Notes: a model not told the origin generated them from the sequence alone. A stretch of DNA of 16,720 nt from Aquificaceae bacterium (GCA_037924335.1 JAXSMZ010000030.1:1-16720), one strand, 5' to 3'; positions 7,224 to 15,268 are shown, counted from the first letter of the stretch. A program made the numbers and translations.

Positions 7224-8918
7224 ATGAAGAGCTATGACATAGTTGTTGTAGGTGCTGGAGGAGCTGGGCTTAGAGCAGCCATAGAGTGTGCAAGGGACCC
7301 AAGCATAAGGGTTGCAGTGGTTTCAAAGGTTTATCCTACACGTTCTCACACTGGCGCAGCTCAGGGAGGGATAAATGCAGCCCTTGGAAACGTTGTGTCA
7401 GATGATAGCCCAGAAGCCCACGCTTATGACACAATAAAAGGTTCTGGCTTTTTGGCTGACCAGGATGCAGTCTTTTTTATGTGCGAGAATGCCCCAGAGC
7501 TTATACATGAGCTGGACAGATGGGGAGTTCCCTTCTCAAGACTTCCAGATGGGAGGATAGCCCAAAGACCCTTTGGCGGTGCATCCTTTCCAAGAACTGT
7601 CTTCTCTGCAGACAGGACTGGACATGTTATACTGCATACCCTCTTTGAGCAAGCCTTGGCAAAGGATAACATAGATTTTTACAACGAGTTTTTTCTCGTA
7701 GACCTAATACACAATGGACAGAGAGCCAAAGGCGTATGTGTATACGACATAAAGAACGGGGAGGTTATGACACTTCAGTCCAAGGCTGTAATCCTTGCCA
7801 CCGGTGGATTTGCGAGGGTTTACTGGCAGAGAAGCACCAATGCGGTGGGGAACACTGGAGATGGTGTGGCTGTAGCACTCCGCAATGGCATACCGTTAAA
7901 AGATATAGAATTTATCCAGTTTCATCCCACTGGGCTTGCGAAAACTGGCATACTTCTCTCCGAAGCATGTCGTGGCGAAGGTGGATACCTAATAAACAAA
8001 CTCGGCGAAAGGTTTATGCAGAGATACGCTCCGGAGAAGATGGAGCTTGCAACAAGGGACACAGTTTCAAGGGCTATAGAGTACGAGATAAGGGAAGGTA
8101 GAGGCATAGGGGAAGGCATATCCGCCTATGTTTACTTGGACTTGAGGCACCTAGGGGAAGAGAAGATAAAGGAGAGGCTTCCACAGGTTAGGCAGCTTGC
8201 CATAGACTTTGAGGGTGTAGACCCTGTTTATGAGCTTGTTCCTATAAGACCAACAGCTCATTACTGCATGGGGGGAATGCACGTAGAGAATCACATGACA
8301 AGCTCCACCCCCTTAGAGGGGCTTTATGCCATCGGTGAGTGTGCGTGCGTTTCCGTTCATGGTGCCAATAGGCTAGGAGGAAACTCTCTCATAGAGCTTT
8401 TAGTTTTTGGTAAGTTCTGCGGTATAAGTGCAAGGGAGTATGCCAAGTATGTAGACCATTTACCCATAAGCCATGAAGAAAATGAAATAGGTAGGGTTTA
8501 CATAGAAGAGCTTATCAATAGGGAAGGCAAAGAGAAGGTTGCTGAAATAAGAAGAAAGATGGGAGAGATAATGTGGGAAAGAGTAGGCATATTCAGGAAT
8601 GAGAAGTCTCTCATGTCTGCCTACGAAGAGCTAAGCGAGCTTCTTGAAAGGTGGAGAAACATACCAGTCATCGATAAATCAAGGGTTTTTAACACAAACC
8701 TAATAGAAGTTATGGAGCTAAGAAACATGTTAGAGCTTGCAAGAGCTGTAGCCTATGCAGCTTTGCACAGAAAAGAATCAAGAGGAGGACATTCAAGGGA
8801 GGACTATCCAAAGCGAGATGATGAGAACTTCCTCAAGCACACCTTGCTTGTACAGGATGGGAATAATCTAAGAGTAGAATACATACCAGTTAGGATAATG
8901 AAGTATGAGCCAGTTTAA
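7224..8918 (+). CDS. sdhA: Succinate dehydrogenase/fumarate reductase flavoprotein subunit (SdhA/FrdA)
   Basis: GAGGAG, covalent-FAD His motif RSHTGAAQGG, QFHPT, SEACRGEG, HYCMGG, HGANRLGGNSL, ESRGGH. ATG 7224 preferred (7 nt after TAAAAT at 7211-7216); the ORF track start is 7215. Confidence 0.93.
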   Translation: MKSYDIVVVGAGGAGLRAAIECARDPSIRVAVVSKVYPTRSHTGAAQGGINAALGNVVSDDSPEAHAYDTIKGSGFLADQDAVFFMCENAPELIHELDRWGVPFSRLPDGRIAQRPFGGASFPRTVFSADRTGHVILHTLFEQALAKDNIDFYNEFFLVDLIHNGQRAKGVCVYDIKNGEVMTLQSKAVILATGGFARVYWQRSTNAVGNTGDGVAVALRNGIPLKDIEFIQFHPTGLAKTGILLSEACRGEGGYLINKLGERFMQRYAPEKMELATRDTVSRAIEYEIREGRGIGEGISAYVYLDLRHLGEEKIKERLPQVRQLAIDFEGVDPVYELVPIRPTAHYCMGGMHVENHMTSSTPLEGLYAIGECACVSVHGANRLGGNSLIELLVFGKFCGISAREYAKYVDHLPISHEENEIGRVYIEELINREGKEKVAEIRRKMGEIMWERVGIFRNEKSLMSAYEELSELLERWRNIPVIDKSRVFNTNLIEVMELRNMLELARAVAYAALHRKESRGGHSREDYPKRDDENFLKHTLLVQDGNNLRVEYIPVRIMKYEPV

Positions 8919-8938
8919 AAAAGACCCCAGGAGGGGTC
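8917..8938 (-). terminator. Intrinsic terminator oriented for a minus-strand transcript
   Basis: Minus strand GACCCC-TCCT-GGGGTC followed by TTTTTT (plus-strand A6 at 8917-8922); no U-tract follows the hairpin on the plus strand. Confidence 0.8.
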
Positions 8939-8970
8939 AGGCGCACGAGGTGCCACACGATGTTAAATTT
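8917..8970 (-). ncRNA. Candidate ~54-nt small RNA
   Basis: Lies between a good promoter (9005..8977) and a terminator (8938..8917); internal hairpin GCAC-CUC-GUGC; no ATG-initiated ORF. Confidence 0.5.
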
Positions 8971-8976
8971 ATAATA

Positions 8977-9005
8977 AAAATAACACAAAGTAACTCCTCT
9001 GTCAA
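8977..9005 (-). promoter_or_regulatory. Sigma70-type promoter for the candidate sRNA
   Basis: TTGACA (9005..9000), 17 nt, TATTTT (8982..8977) with extended -10 TG. Confidence 0.65.
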
Positions 9006-9183
9006 GGGTGTGAGGCTTTATCAAAAATACCACCATGCTCTCAAACTAGAGAATATATGAAAGTAAAGAACCAATAAGCCTTTAGATAGAACCAAGACCT
9101 CTAGTTCCTATTGCAGGAGCGTAGTCTGTGAATACTCATAGGCTATTTTGAAACACCCTGATGGTGTGTAAAAAAATGTAAAA

Positions 9184-9192
9184 TGGTATAAT
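9184..9192 (+). promoter_or_regulatory. Extended -10 promoter of secA
   Basis: TG-G-TATAAT, 9 nt before the ATG at 9202; no Shine-Dalgarno. Confidence 0.65.
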
Positions 9193-9201
9193 TTTACTGT
9201 T

Positions 9202-12000
9202 ATGGTAGGCTGGATACTGAAAAAGCTTATAGGTACAAAGAACGAAAGAGAGGTCAAAAGGCTAACTTCCCTAGTAAAGAAAGTTACGGAAAAAGAGAAG
9301 GAACTTGATCGGCTTAGCAATTTAGAACTGCTTGAGCTGGCCAGAAGCTTAAAGGAAAAGGTTGCAACTGACGAAAGACTAAAGGAGGTCATACTCAAGG
9401 GTGGTGTGGAGGATGAGGTCATATTAGCCTTTGCCCTTGTGAGGGAAGCTGGCAAGAGAACTATAGGTCTTAGATTCTTTGATGTACAGCTCATAGGCGG
9501 TTTTGTCCTCCATCAGGGTAAGATAGCCGAGATGAAAACTGGTGAGGGTAAGACCTTGGTTGCCACGTCGGCCGTGTACGTGAATGCCCTAACAGACAGA
9601 GGAGTTCACGTGGTAACAGTCAACGACTACCTGGCAAGAAGGGATGCTCAGTGGATGGGCCCCATCTATAAGTTTCTTGGGCTTGATGTTGGTGTTATAA
9701 ACTCAGACTACTCTTCTTACAGGGTCGATTGGGTGAGTGAGGATGCTCTCATGGAAGCCATAGATAAGAACGTGAGAGTCTGGCCAGAGGGATACCTTGA
9801 AGATATCTTACCTTCAGAAAAGATAGACGCAAGGGCTAAGAAAGCTTTCTTTACTAAACTGACTCTCTGTAATAGAAAGGAAGCATACCAGGCACACATT
9901 ACCTATGGAACTAACAACGAATTTGGTTTTGATTATCTCAGAGATAACATGGCTTTCTCTTTGGATGACATTGTTCAGGTGAAGGGGCACAACTATGCCA
10001 TAGTAGACGAGGTAGACTCAATACTCATAGACGAGTCAAGAACTCCACTGATAATATCTGGACCATCCCAGATGGACACAGCCGTGTATTACAGCGCCAA
10101 CGATGTGGTTAAAAAGCTGTCCAAGGAAGAGGACTTTACAGTAGATGAGAAGAACAGGAGTGTACTGCTTACAGAACAGGGGATAAGAAAGATTGAATCC
10201 TTTCTTGGCATAGACAATCTTTACGATATAAAGCATATAGACCTTTTGCATGCCGTAAACCAAGCCCTTAGAGCTCATCAACTCTTCAAAAGAGACGTTC
10301 ATTACATAGTTAGGGATGGTGAGGTTCTCATAGTGGATGAATTCACTGGAAGGGTACTGCCAGGAAGAAGGTGGAGCGAAGGTCTTCATCAGGCAATTGA
10401 AGTTAAAGAGGGCGTCAGTGTGCAGCAGGAGAATCAAACCTTAGCAAGCATAACCTTCCAAAACTACTTTAAGCTCTATAACAAGCTTGCCGGTATGACC
10501 GGAACTGCAGAAACAGAAGCCCTTGAGTTTAAAGAAATATACGGCCTTGATGTGGTTGTTGTCCCAACTCATAAGCCGGTGAAAAGATATGACCATCCAG
10601 ATTTGGTTTACAAGACAAAAAAGGAAAAATGGCTCTCAGTTGTAGAGTACATAAAACAAGAGCACAGCAAAGGAAGACCTATACTTGTTGGCACAGTGTC
10701 CATAGAAGATTCTGAGCATCTCTCTTCTTTGTTAAAAAAGTATGGTATACCTCATAACGTTCTGAACGCAAAACAGCACGAGAGGGAAGCTGAGATAATA
10801 GCTCAGGCTGGAAGGCTTAGCAGTGTCACCATATCCACCAACATGGCTGGCAGGGGTACGGACATACTGCTCGGTGGAAACCCAGAGTATTTAGCCAAAG
10901 AAATACTCAGCAAAAAGGGAAAGACCTTAGAAAATGCCACGCAAGAGGAATGGAAGTCAGCTTTGGAAGAAGCCTATAGGATAACAGAGGAGGAAAAGAA
11001 AAGGGTTGTAGAGCTTGGTGGCCTTTTGGTCATAGGTACAGAAAGGCATGAATCGAGGAGGATAGACAACCAACTTAGAGGAAGGGCTGGAAGGCAAGGA
11101 GACCCTGGAGAATCCAGATTTGTACTCTCCTTAGAAGATGACCTTCTCCGTATATTCGGTGGAGACAGAGTAAAGAGGATGATGGACTTTTTAAAGATAC
11201 CCGAAGGAGAACCTATAGAGAGCAGAATGGTTACAAAGGCTATACAGAACGCCCAAAAGAGGGTAGAAGCCCAGAACTTTCAGATAAGGAAGAGACTTCT
11301 TGAGTACGATAACGTCATGAACACACAAAGGCTTACAGTTTATGGGATAAGAAGGGACATATTAGAGAACAAGGGATTGAAAGAGTATGTAGAGGAGTTT
11401 GTGCGTGATATTTTAGAATACAGAGTGAACACTCTTCTCGTTGAAGATGAGCCAGAACTTTGGGACACTAAGCCCCTTGCCGATTACCTCGAGGAGCTCA
11501 CAAAGACAAAAGTAGAGATTCCACAGGTAAGAGACAAACAAGAACTCATAGAGAAGCTATCGGAAGATGTTCTGAGCATTCTCAACGGAAAGGAAGAGCA
11601 AATAGGTGAGAGTCTCTTCTTTGAGATAACAAAGGTGGTGCTCTTGAACAACCTTGACCACCTTTGGAGGGAGCATCTTCATGTTCTCGACAGAGTGAGA
11701 GAGGGAATATACCTAAGAGGATACGCTTCCAAGGACCCGTTGGTTGAGTATAAGAAGGAAGCCTTCTATCTCTTTGAGAATATGATGTTAAACTTCAAGG
11801 AGAGTGTTTTGTCAGACCTTCTAAGGGTAGAAGTGAAATCTCAAGAAGATATTCAAGAAGAGGTCAAGAAGGAAGAGGAAGAAAGAGAAAGGTTATTACA
11901 GCAAGCTGTTTTTAGTGGTGCGCCTGGGAAAAAGGATGAGGGAGGACCAAAGAGGAAAACCTTAAAGGAAAGGCTTCAATCAAAAAGAAGGGTCAAGTGA
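9202..12000 (+). CDS. secA: Preprotein translocase ATPase SecA
   Basis: 932 aa; MKTGEGKT, VTVNDYLARRD, DEVDSILIDESRTPLIISG, STNMAGRGTDI, QLRGRAGRQGDPG; ~50-aa insert in NBD1; no C-terminal Cys-rich zinc motif. Confidence 0.99.
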   Translation: MVGWILKKLIGTKNEREVKRLTSLVKKVTEKEKELDRLSNLELLELARSLKEKVATDERLKEVILKGGVEDEVILAFALVREAGKRTIGLRFFDVQLIGGFVLHQGKIAEMKTGEGKTLVATSAVYVNALTDRGVHVVTVNDYLARRDAQWMGPIYKFLGLDVGVINSDYSSYRVDWVSEDALMEAIDKNVRVWPEGYLEDILPSEKIDARAKKAFFTKLTLCNRKEAYQAHITYGTNNEFGFDYLRDNMAFSLDDIVQVKGHNYAIVDEVDSILIDESRTPLIISGPSQMDTAVYYSANDVVKKLSKEEDFTVDEKNRSVLLTEQGIRKIESFLGIDNLYDIKHIDLLHAVNQALRAHQLFKRDVHYIVRDGEVLIVDEFTGRVLPGRRWSEGLHQAIEVKEGVSVQQENQTLASITFQNYFKLYNKLAGMTGTAETEALEFKEIYGLDVVVVPTHKPVKRYDHPDLVYKTKKEKWLSVVEYIKQEHSKGRPILVGTVSIEDSEHLSSLLKKYGIPHNVLNAKQHEREAEIIAQAGRLSSVTISTNMAGRGTDILLGGNPEYLAKEILSKKGKTLENATQEEWKSALEEAYRITEEEKKRVVELGGLLVIGTERHESRRIDNQLRGRAGRQGDPGESRFVLSLEDDLLRIFGGDRVKRMMDFLKIPEGEPIESRMVTKAIQNAQKRVEAQNFQIRKRLLEYDNVMNTQRLTVYGIRRDILENKGLKEYVEEFVRDILEYRVNTLLVEDEPELWDTKPLADYLEELTKTKVEIPQVRDKQELIEKLSEDVLSILNGKEEQIGESLFFEITKVVLLNNLDHLWREHLHVLDRVREGIYLRGYASKDPLVEYKKEAFYLFENMMLNFKESVLSDLLRVEVKSQEDIQEEVKKEEEERERLLQQAVFSGAPGKKDEGGPKRKTLKERLQSKRRVK

Positions 12001-12105
12001 CTTCCTCTCCTCATTAAAATGAGGAGCTTCCCTTTCTCAGGGCTTAACTTCCCGTCAGTCCAACGGTAGGGCATAGATTACTGCCTATGCCAGACAGGTT
12101 TATGT
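11997..12105 (-). ncRNA. Putative TnpB-type omegaRNA (reRNA) scaffold inside the mini-element
   Basis: Extended -10 TG-G-TAAAAT (12120..12112) followed by three hairpins (12091..12070, 12066..12052, 12026..12007) ending at the RE TCAC; 5' end is estimated. Confidence 0.5.
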
Positions 12106-12166
12106 ATTATTATTTTACCACAATTCATCTCTCCTTTGAAAAGGAGAGCCTTCTTGTGGAGGTTTC
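11997..12166 (-). mobile_element. 170-bp non-autonomous IS200/IS605-family element (PATE/MITE-like), no transposase or TnpB gene
   Basis: Minus strand: flanking target TTAC (12170..12167); LE hairpin CTCTCCTTT/AAAGGAGAG (12148..12129) preceded by AAGG; RE hairpin CTCCTCATT/AATGAGGAG (12026..12007) preceded by GAAG; ends in TCAC (12000..11997). Removing it restores clean stops for both secA and tsaC. Confidence 0.85.
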
Positions 12167-12776
12167 GTAAACTTTTGGCAAATTGGATGAAATCTTCAAA
12201 GGCTATGTTCCCCCTTCTTACCAGCCTAAGACCTCTTTTACCTATTAGCTTTACTACTGTGGATGGTTCTCCTTCGATTTTTCCAGCATCTACGTACAGG
12301 TCAACGCTATCTCCAAAGTAATCCATCCCCATCTTTACATCAACGGATGGTTTTAGTCCTTCTGGGTTTGCAGAAGGTGCAACAAGGGGCAAACCCATAG
12401 CCTTCAAAACATCCCTTACAAAGGTTCTTTCCCTTGGTAATCTAAAGGCTAAGCTTTTCCTTCCTCTTGTAAGGTAACCATACCTATTGTATTTGAGATA
12501 AAAGATAAGGGTGACTCCAGAGTCCAAAAGGTTCAAGTGAAAAGAGCTTGCTCTGACAGGAAATATTCTAATGTGCTCCTTACTTGGAAGCAAGACTATG
12601 AAAGGCCTTTGCGATTGTCTTCTCAAAAAGAACAGCCTTTCCACGGCTTTCCTGTTTGTGGCATCCGCCAAAAGACCGTATATGGTATCCGTAGGCGCAA
12701 AGACTATCCCACCTTCCCTTAAAGTGTTAACAGTGTAATCTATGACATGCTTATCTGTGATCTTTATGACTTTCAT
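12078..12776 (-). CDS. tsaC: L-threonylcarbamoyladenylate synthase (YrdC/Sua5 family, single domain); last 29 aa derive from the inserted element
   Basis: PTDTIYGL, AFRLP, APSANPEG, PSTVV motifs; ATGA overlap with thrC. Confidence 0.9.
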   Translation of the reverse strand: MKVIKITDKHVIDYTVNTLREGGIVFAPTDTIYGLLADATNRKAVERLFFLRRQSQRPFIVLLPSKEHIRIFPVRASSFHLNLLDSGVTLIFYLKYNRYGYLTRGRKSLAFRLPRERTFVRDVLKAMGLPLVAPSANPEGLKPSVDVKMGMDYFGDSVDLYVDAGKIEGEPSTVVKLIGKRGLRLVRRGNIAFEDFIQFAKSLRNLHKKALLFKGEMNCGKIIIHKPVWHRQ

Positions 12777-13831
12777 ACCTCTATGAGCTCAAGCACCTTT
12801 CCCAGGTCTGGCGGTAAGCTTATGGGCTCTTCGCATACGCTCATGGCAACATTTGGGTCTTTGAGACCGTTCCCAGTCAAAGTACAAACGGCAACTTCAC
12901 CACCTTTAAAAAAACCTTCTTTGGTTAGCTTTATAAGCCCAGCCACCGAAGCAGCAGAAGCTGGCTCGCAGAATACCCCCTCCTTGGATGCTACAAGCTT
13001 GTAAGCGTATAGTATGCTCTCATCGCTGACGGCATCTATCTTACCCTGAGATTCCTGTGCTGTCTGAAGGGCAAACTGCCAGCTGTAAGGATTACCTATC
13101 CTTATGGCAGAAGCTATTGTCTGTGGGTTCTTTATAACGTAGCCCTTCACTATTGGAGCTGCGCCTTCTGCCTGCCATCCCATCATCCTTGGAAGCTTCT
13201 TGACCTTCCCTATATTGAAGTACTCCTTATAGCCCTTCCAATAAGCTGTTATGTTTCCAGCGTTGCCGACTGGTATAAAGTGATAGTCTGGAGCATCACC
13301 GAGAGCATCACACACTTCAAAGGCTGCTGTCTTTTGCCCCTCTATCCTGAAGGGGTTTACAGAGTTCACTATCTCAACTGGGAGGAGTTCTCCTATCTTT
13401 CTTACTATGTAAAGGGCATCGTCAAAGTTTCCCTGAATGGCTATGACCTTAGCACCGTAGATCACGGCCTGTGAAAGTTTCCCAAGGGCAACTGCACCTT
13501 TTGGAAGGAGTACATAAGCTTTCAGTCCTGCCTTAGAAGCGTAAGCCGCCGCAGACGCAGAGGTATTACCTGTAGAAGCACAGATAACAGCTTTTTTACC
13601 AAACTCAACAGCTTTTGATATGGCTAAGGTCATTCCCCTGTCTTTGAAAGAACCAGTTGGGTTTAAGCCTTCGTACTTTAAGAATATATCTCCTTTAAAG
13701 CCTATCTCCTTTGCAAGATTCTGTGCATGTATGAGCGGAGTGTTTCCTTCACATAAAGTAACTATAGGGGTGTTTGAATTTATGGGTAAGAGCTCTCTAT
13801 ACTTGTGTATTATTCCTCGCCAGTAGTTCAT
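12773..13831 (-). CDS. thrC: Threonine synthase
   Basis: 352 aa; EGNTPL, PLP-lysine motif NPTGSFKDRG, CASTGNTSAS, PVGNAGN, EPASA, LTGNGLKDP. Confidence 0.97.
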   Translation of the reverse strand: MNYWRGIIHKYRELLPINSNTPIVTLCEGNTPLIHAQNLAKEIGFKGDIFLKYEGLNPTGSFKDRGMTLAISKAVEFGKKAVICASTGNTSASAAAYASKAGLKAYVLLPKGAVALGKLSQAVIYGAKVIAIQGNFDDALYIVRKIGELLPVEIVNSVNPFRIEGQKTAAFEVCDALGDAPDYHFIPVGNAGNITAYWKGYKEYFNIGKVKKLPRMMGWQAEGAAPIVKGYVIKNPQTIASAIRIGNPYSWQFALQTAQESQGKIDAVSDESILYAYKLVASKEGVFCEPASAASVAGLIKLTKEGFFKGGEVAVCTLTGNGLKDPNVAMSVCEEPISLPPDLGKVLELIEV

Positions 13832-13834
13832 AAC

Positions 13835-14104
13835 TTATTGCTCTTGTTCTTTCTTCTCCTCCTTTGATTTTTCAAGCTCTTTTTTTGCTCCTTCTATGGC
13901 ACCAGACGCAGCAGAGGAAGCTATCTTTATCATCTTGTTTGCCAATTCAAGAAGGGAAGTTGTTAGTTCCTTTGCTTTTTCTATGGGCACCTGCATAATG
14001 GGCTTTTCTTCGATCCCTATTTTCTCCTTTAAGGCTTTGAGCTCTTTTTCCAACCTCTCAATCTCCTCACGTATGTTCTGTCCTTCTTTCTTTTCTTCTT
14101 CCAT
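13835..14104 (-). CDS. Small charged coiled-coil hypothetical protein
   Basis: 89 aa, E/K-rich heptads; strong Shine-Dalgarno AAGGAGGT just upstream; ends 3 nt before thrC. Confidence 0.8.
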   Translation of the reverse strand: MEEEKKEGQNIREEIERLEKELKALKEKIGIEEKPIMQVPIEKAKELTTSLLELANKMIKIASSAASGAIEGAKKELEKSKEEKKEQEQ

Positions 14105-14149
14105 AGGATTACCTCCTTACTTATATTTTAACCCAAGTCGATCTTGGAT

Positions 14150-15062
14150 TATAATAACCCAATATAACTTGAACATCACTGGAAAGGTCATCCAGAAAAC
14201 AAGGATAGGCTAATAGCTATAATTCAAGAGCTTGAAAGGAAAGGTCTCTTAAAGGAGGTAATTCACATAAACCCCAGAAGGGCGTCCGCCATGGAGGTTG
14301 CTTTAAATCATGACCCTGCATACATTCAAGAGATAGCGGACTCTTGCTCCGCAGGTGGTGGATACCTTGACCCAGATACCTATACAGTGCCAGCCTCTTA
14401 TGAGGTAGCCCTTTACGCAGTGGGTGGAGTGCTTGAGGGCATAGACAGGCTCTTGAAAAAAGAGGTTGATGCGGTATTTTGTGCAATAAGACCACCAGGA
14501 CACCATGCGGAGCACTCTAAGGCTATGGGCTTTTGCCTTTTCAACAACATAGCCATAGGTGCTCACTATCTTCTCCAAAAGGGCTTTGAAAGGGTATTTA
14601 TAGTGGATTTTGATGCCCACCATGGGAATGGTACTCAAAGGAGCTTTTACGAAGATGATAGAGTTTTCTACTTCTCTTCTCACAAATATCCCTTCTATCC
14701 CGGCACTGGGTCAGCTCAAGAAAAGGGTGCAGGCAGAGATTATGGTTTTACTCACAACGAGCCTCTTCCTGCAGGTGCAGGAGACAAGGAGTTTGACAGG
14801 ATATGGTGAGGTCTTTCCTAAACTTTTCTATGAATACTCGCCCCAGTTTCTTCTTGTCTCCGCAGGCTACGACGCCCACAGAGAGGACCCACTAACATAT
14901 CTTAATCTTTCCACAGAAGGCTTTGGAAGGCTCGTGAGCCATCTAATTGAAAACGCAAAAAGGCTTTCTATCCCTGTCCTCTTTGTCCTTGAAGGGGGCT
15001 ATAACCTAAAAGCCCTATCAGAATGTATAAGCCTTACCATAGAGAGGTTGCTGGAAGTATGA
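14150..15062 (+). pseudogene. Histone deacetylase-family (AcuC/AphA-like) deacetylase, disrupted
   Basis: Homology begins upstream of the called ORF (LEHHWKGHPENKDRL from 14168) behind an in-frame TAA (14165-14167) with no ATG. RPPGHHA, GFCLFNN and DFDAHHGNGTQ are in one frame; SAGYDAH and LEGGY are in another after a frameshift at ~14801-14804. Confidence 0.88.
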
Positions 15063-15268
15063 TGTTTAGGAATTTAAAGCACTATATCTTTCAGGCTTTT
15101 TCTTTTTTACTTGCTGCATACGGCTTCTATCTTCTTTTTCTTTTCCTTCTTGACACCATGCTAAGGGTAAATAGACCTCTGGCTTATCCCTTTTCTATAG
15201 CTCTTACTCTTTTCCTGATTACCCTCACACTTTTATACTGGGTCAAGAAGAAAAGGCTTCCTTTGTAA
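15059..15268 (+). CDS. Small two-TM membrane hypothetical protein (69 aa)
   Basis: ATG at 15059 overlaps the deacetylase stop (ATGA); two hydrophobic helices and a basic tail. Confidence 0.7.
   Translation: MMFRNLKHYIFQAFSFLLAAYGFYLLFLFLLDTMLRVNRPLAYPFSIALTLFLITLTLLYWVKKKRLPL

Noticed and set aside
8941..8968. dif-like site ending CGATGTTAAAT
   Set aside because: Only the XerD-like arm partly matches; no XerC arm at 6-bp spacing; better explained by the sRNA candidate.
9010..9170. Possible membrane-protein gene remnant on the minus strand, and a small hairpin ACACC-CTGAT-GGTGT
   Set aside because: Frame broken by stops with no identifiable family; a 5-bp stem is within chance.
12007..12148. 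Hairpins between secA and tsaC as plain bidirectional terminators
   Set aside because: They lack good U-tracts and fit IS200/IS605 end architecture, with an exact empty-site reconstruction.
14133..14147. Inverted repeat CCAAG-TCGAT-CTTGG between divergent promoters
   Set aside because: Only 5-bp arms and a single occurrence; cannot be distinguished from chance.
14795..14812. Programmed frameshift in the deacetylase gene
   Set aside because: No slippery heptamer, and the gene has additional inactivating lesions at its 5' end.
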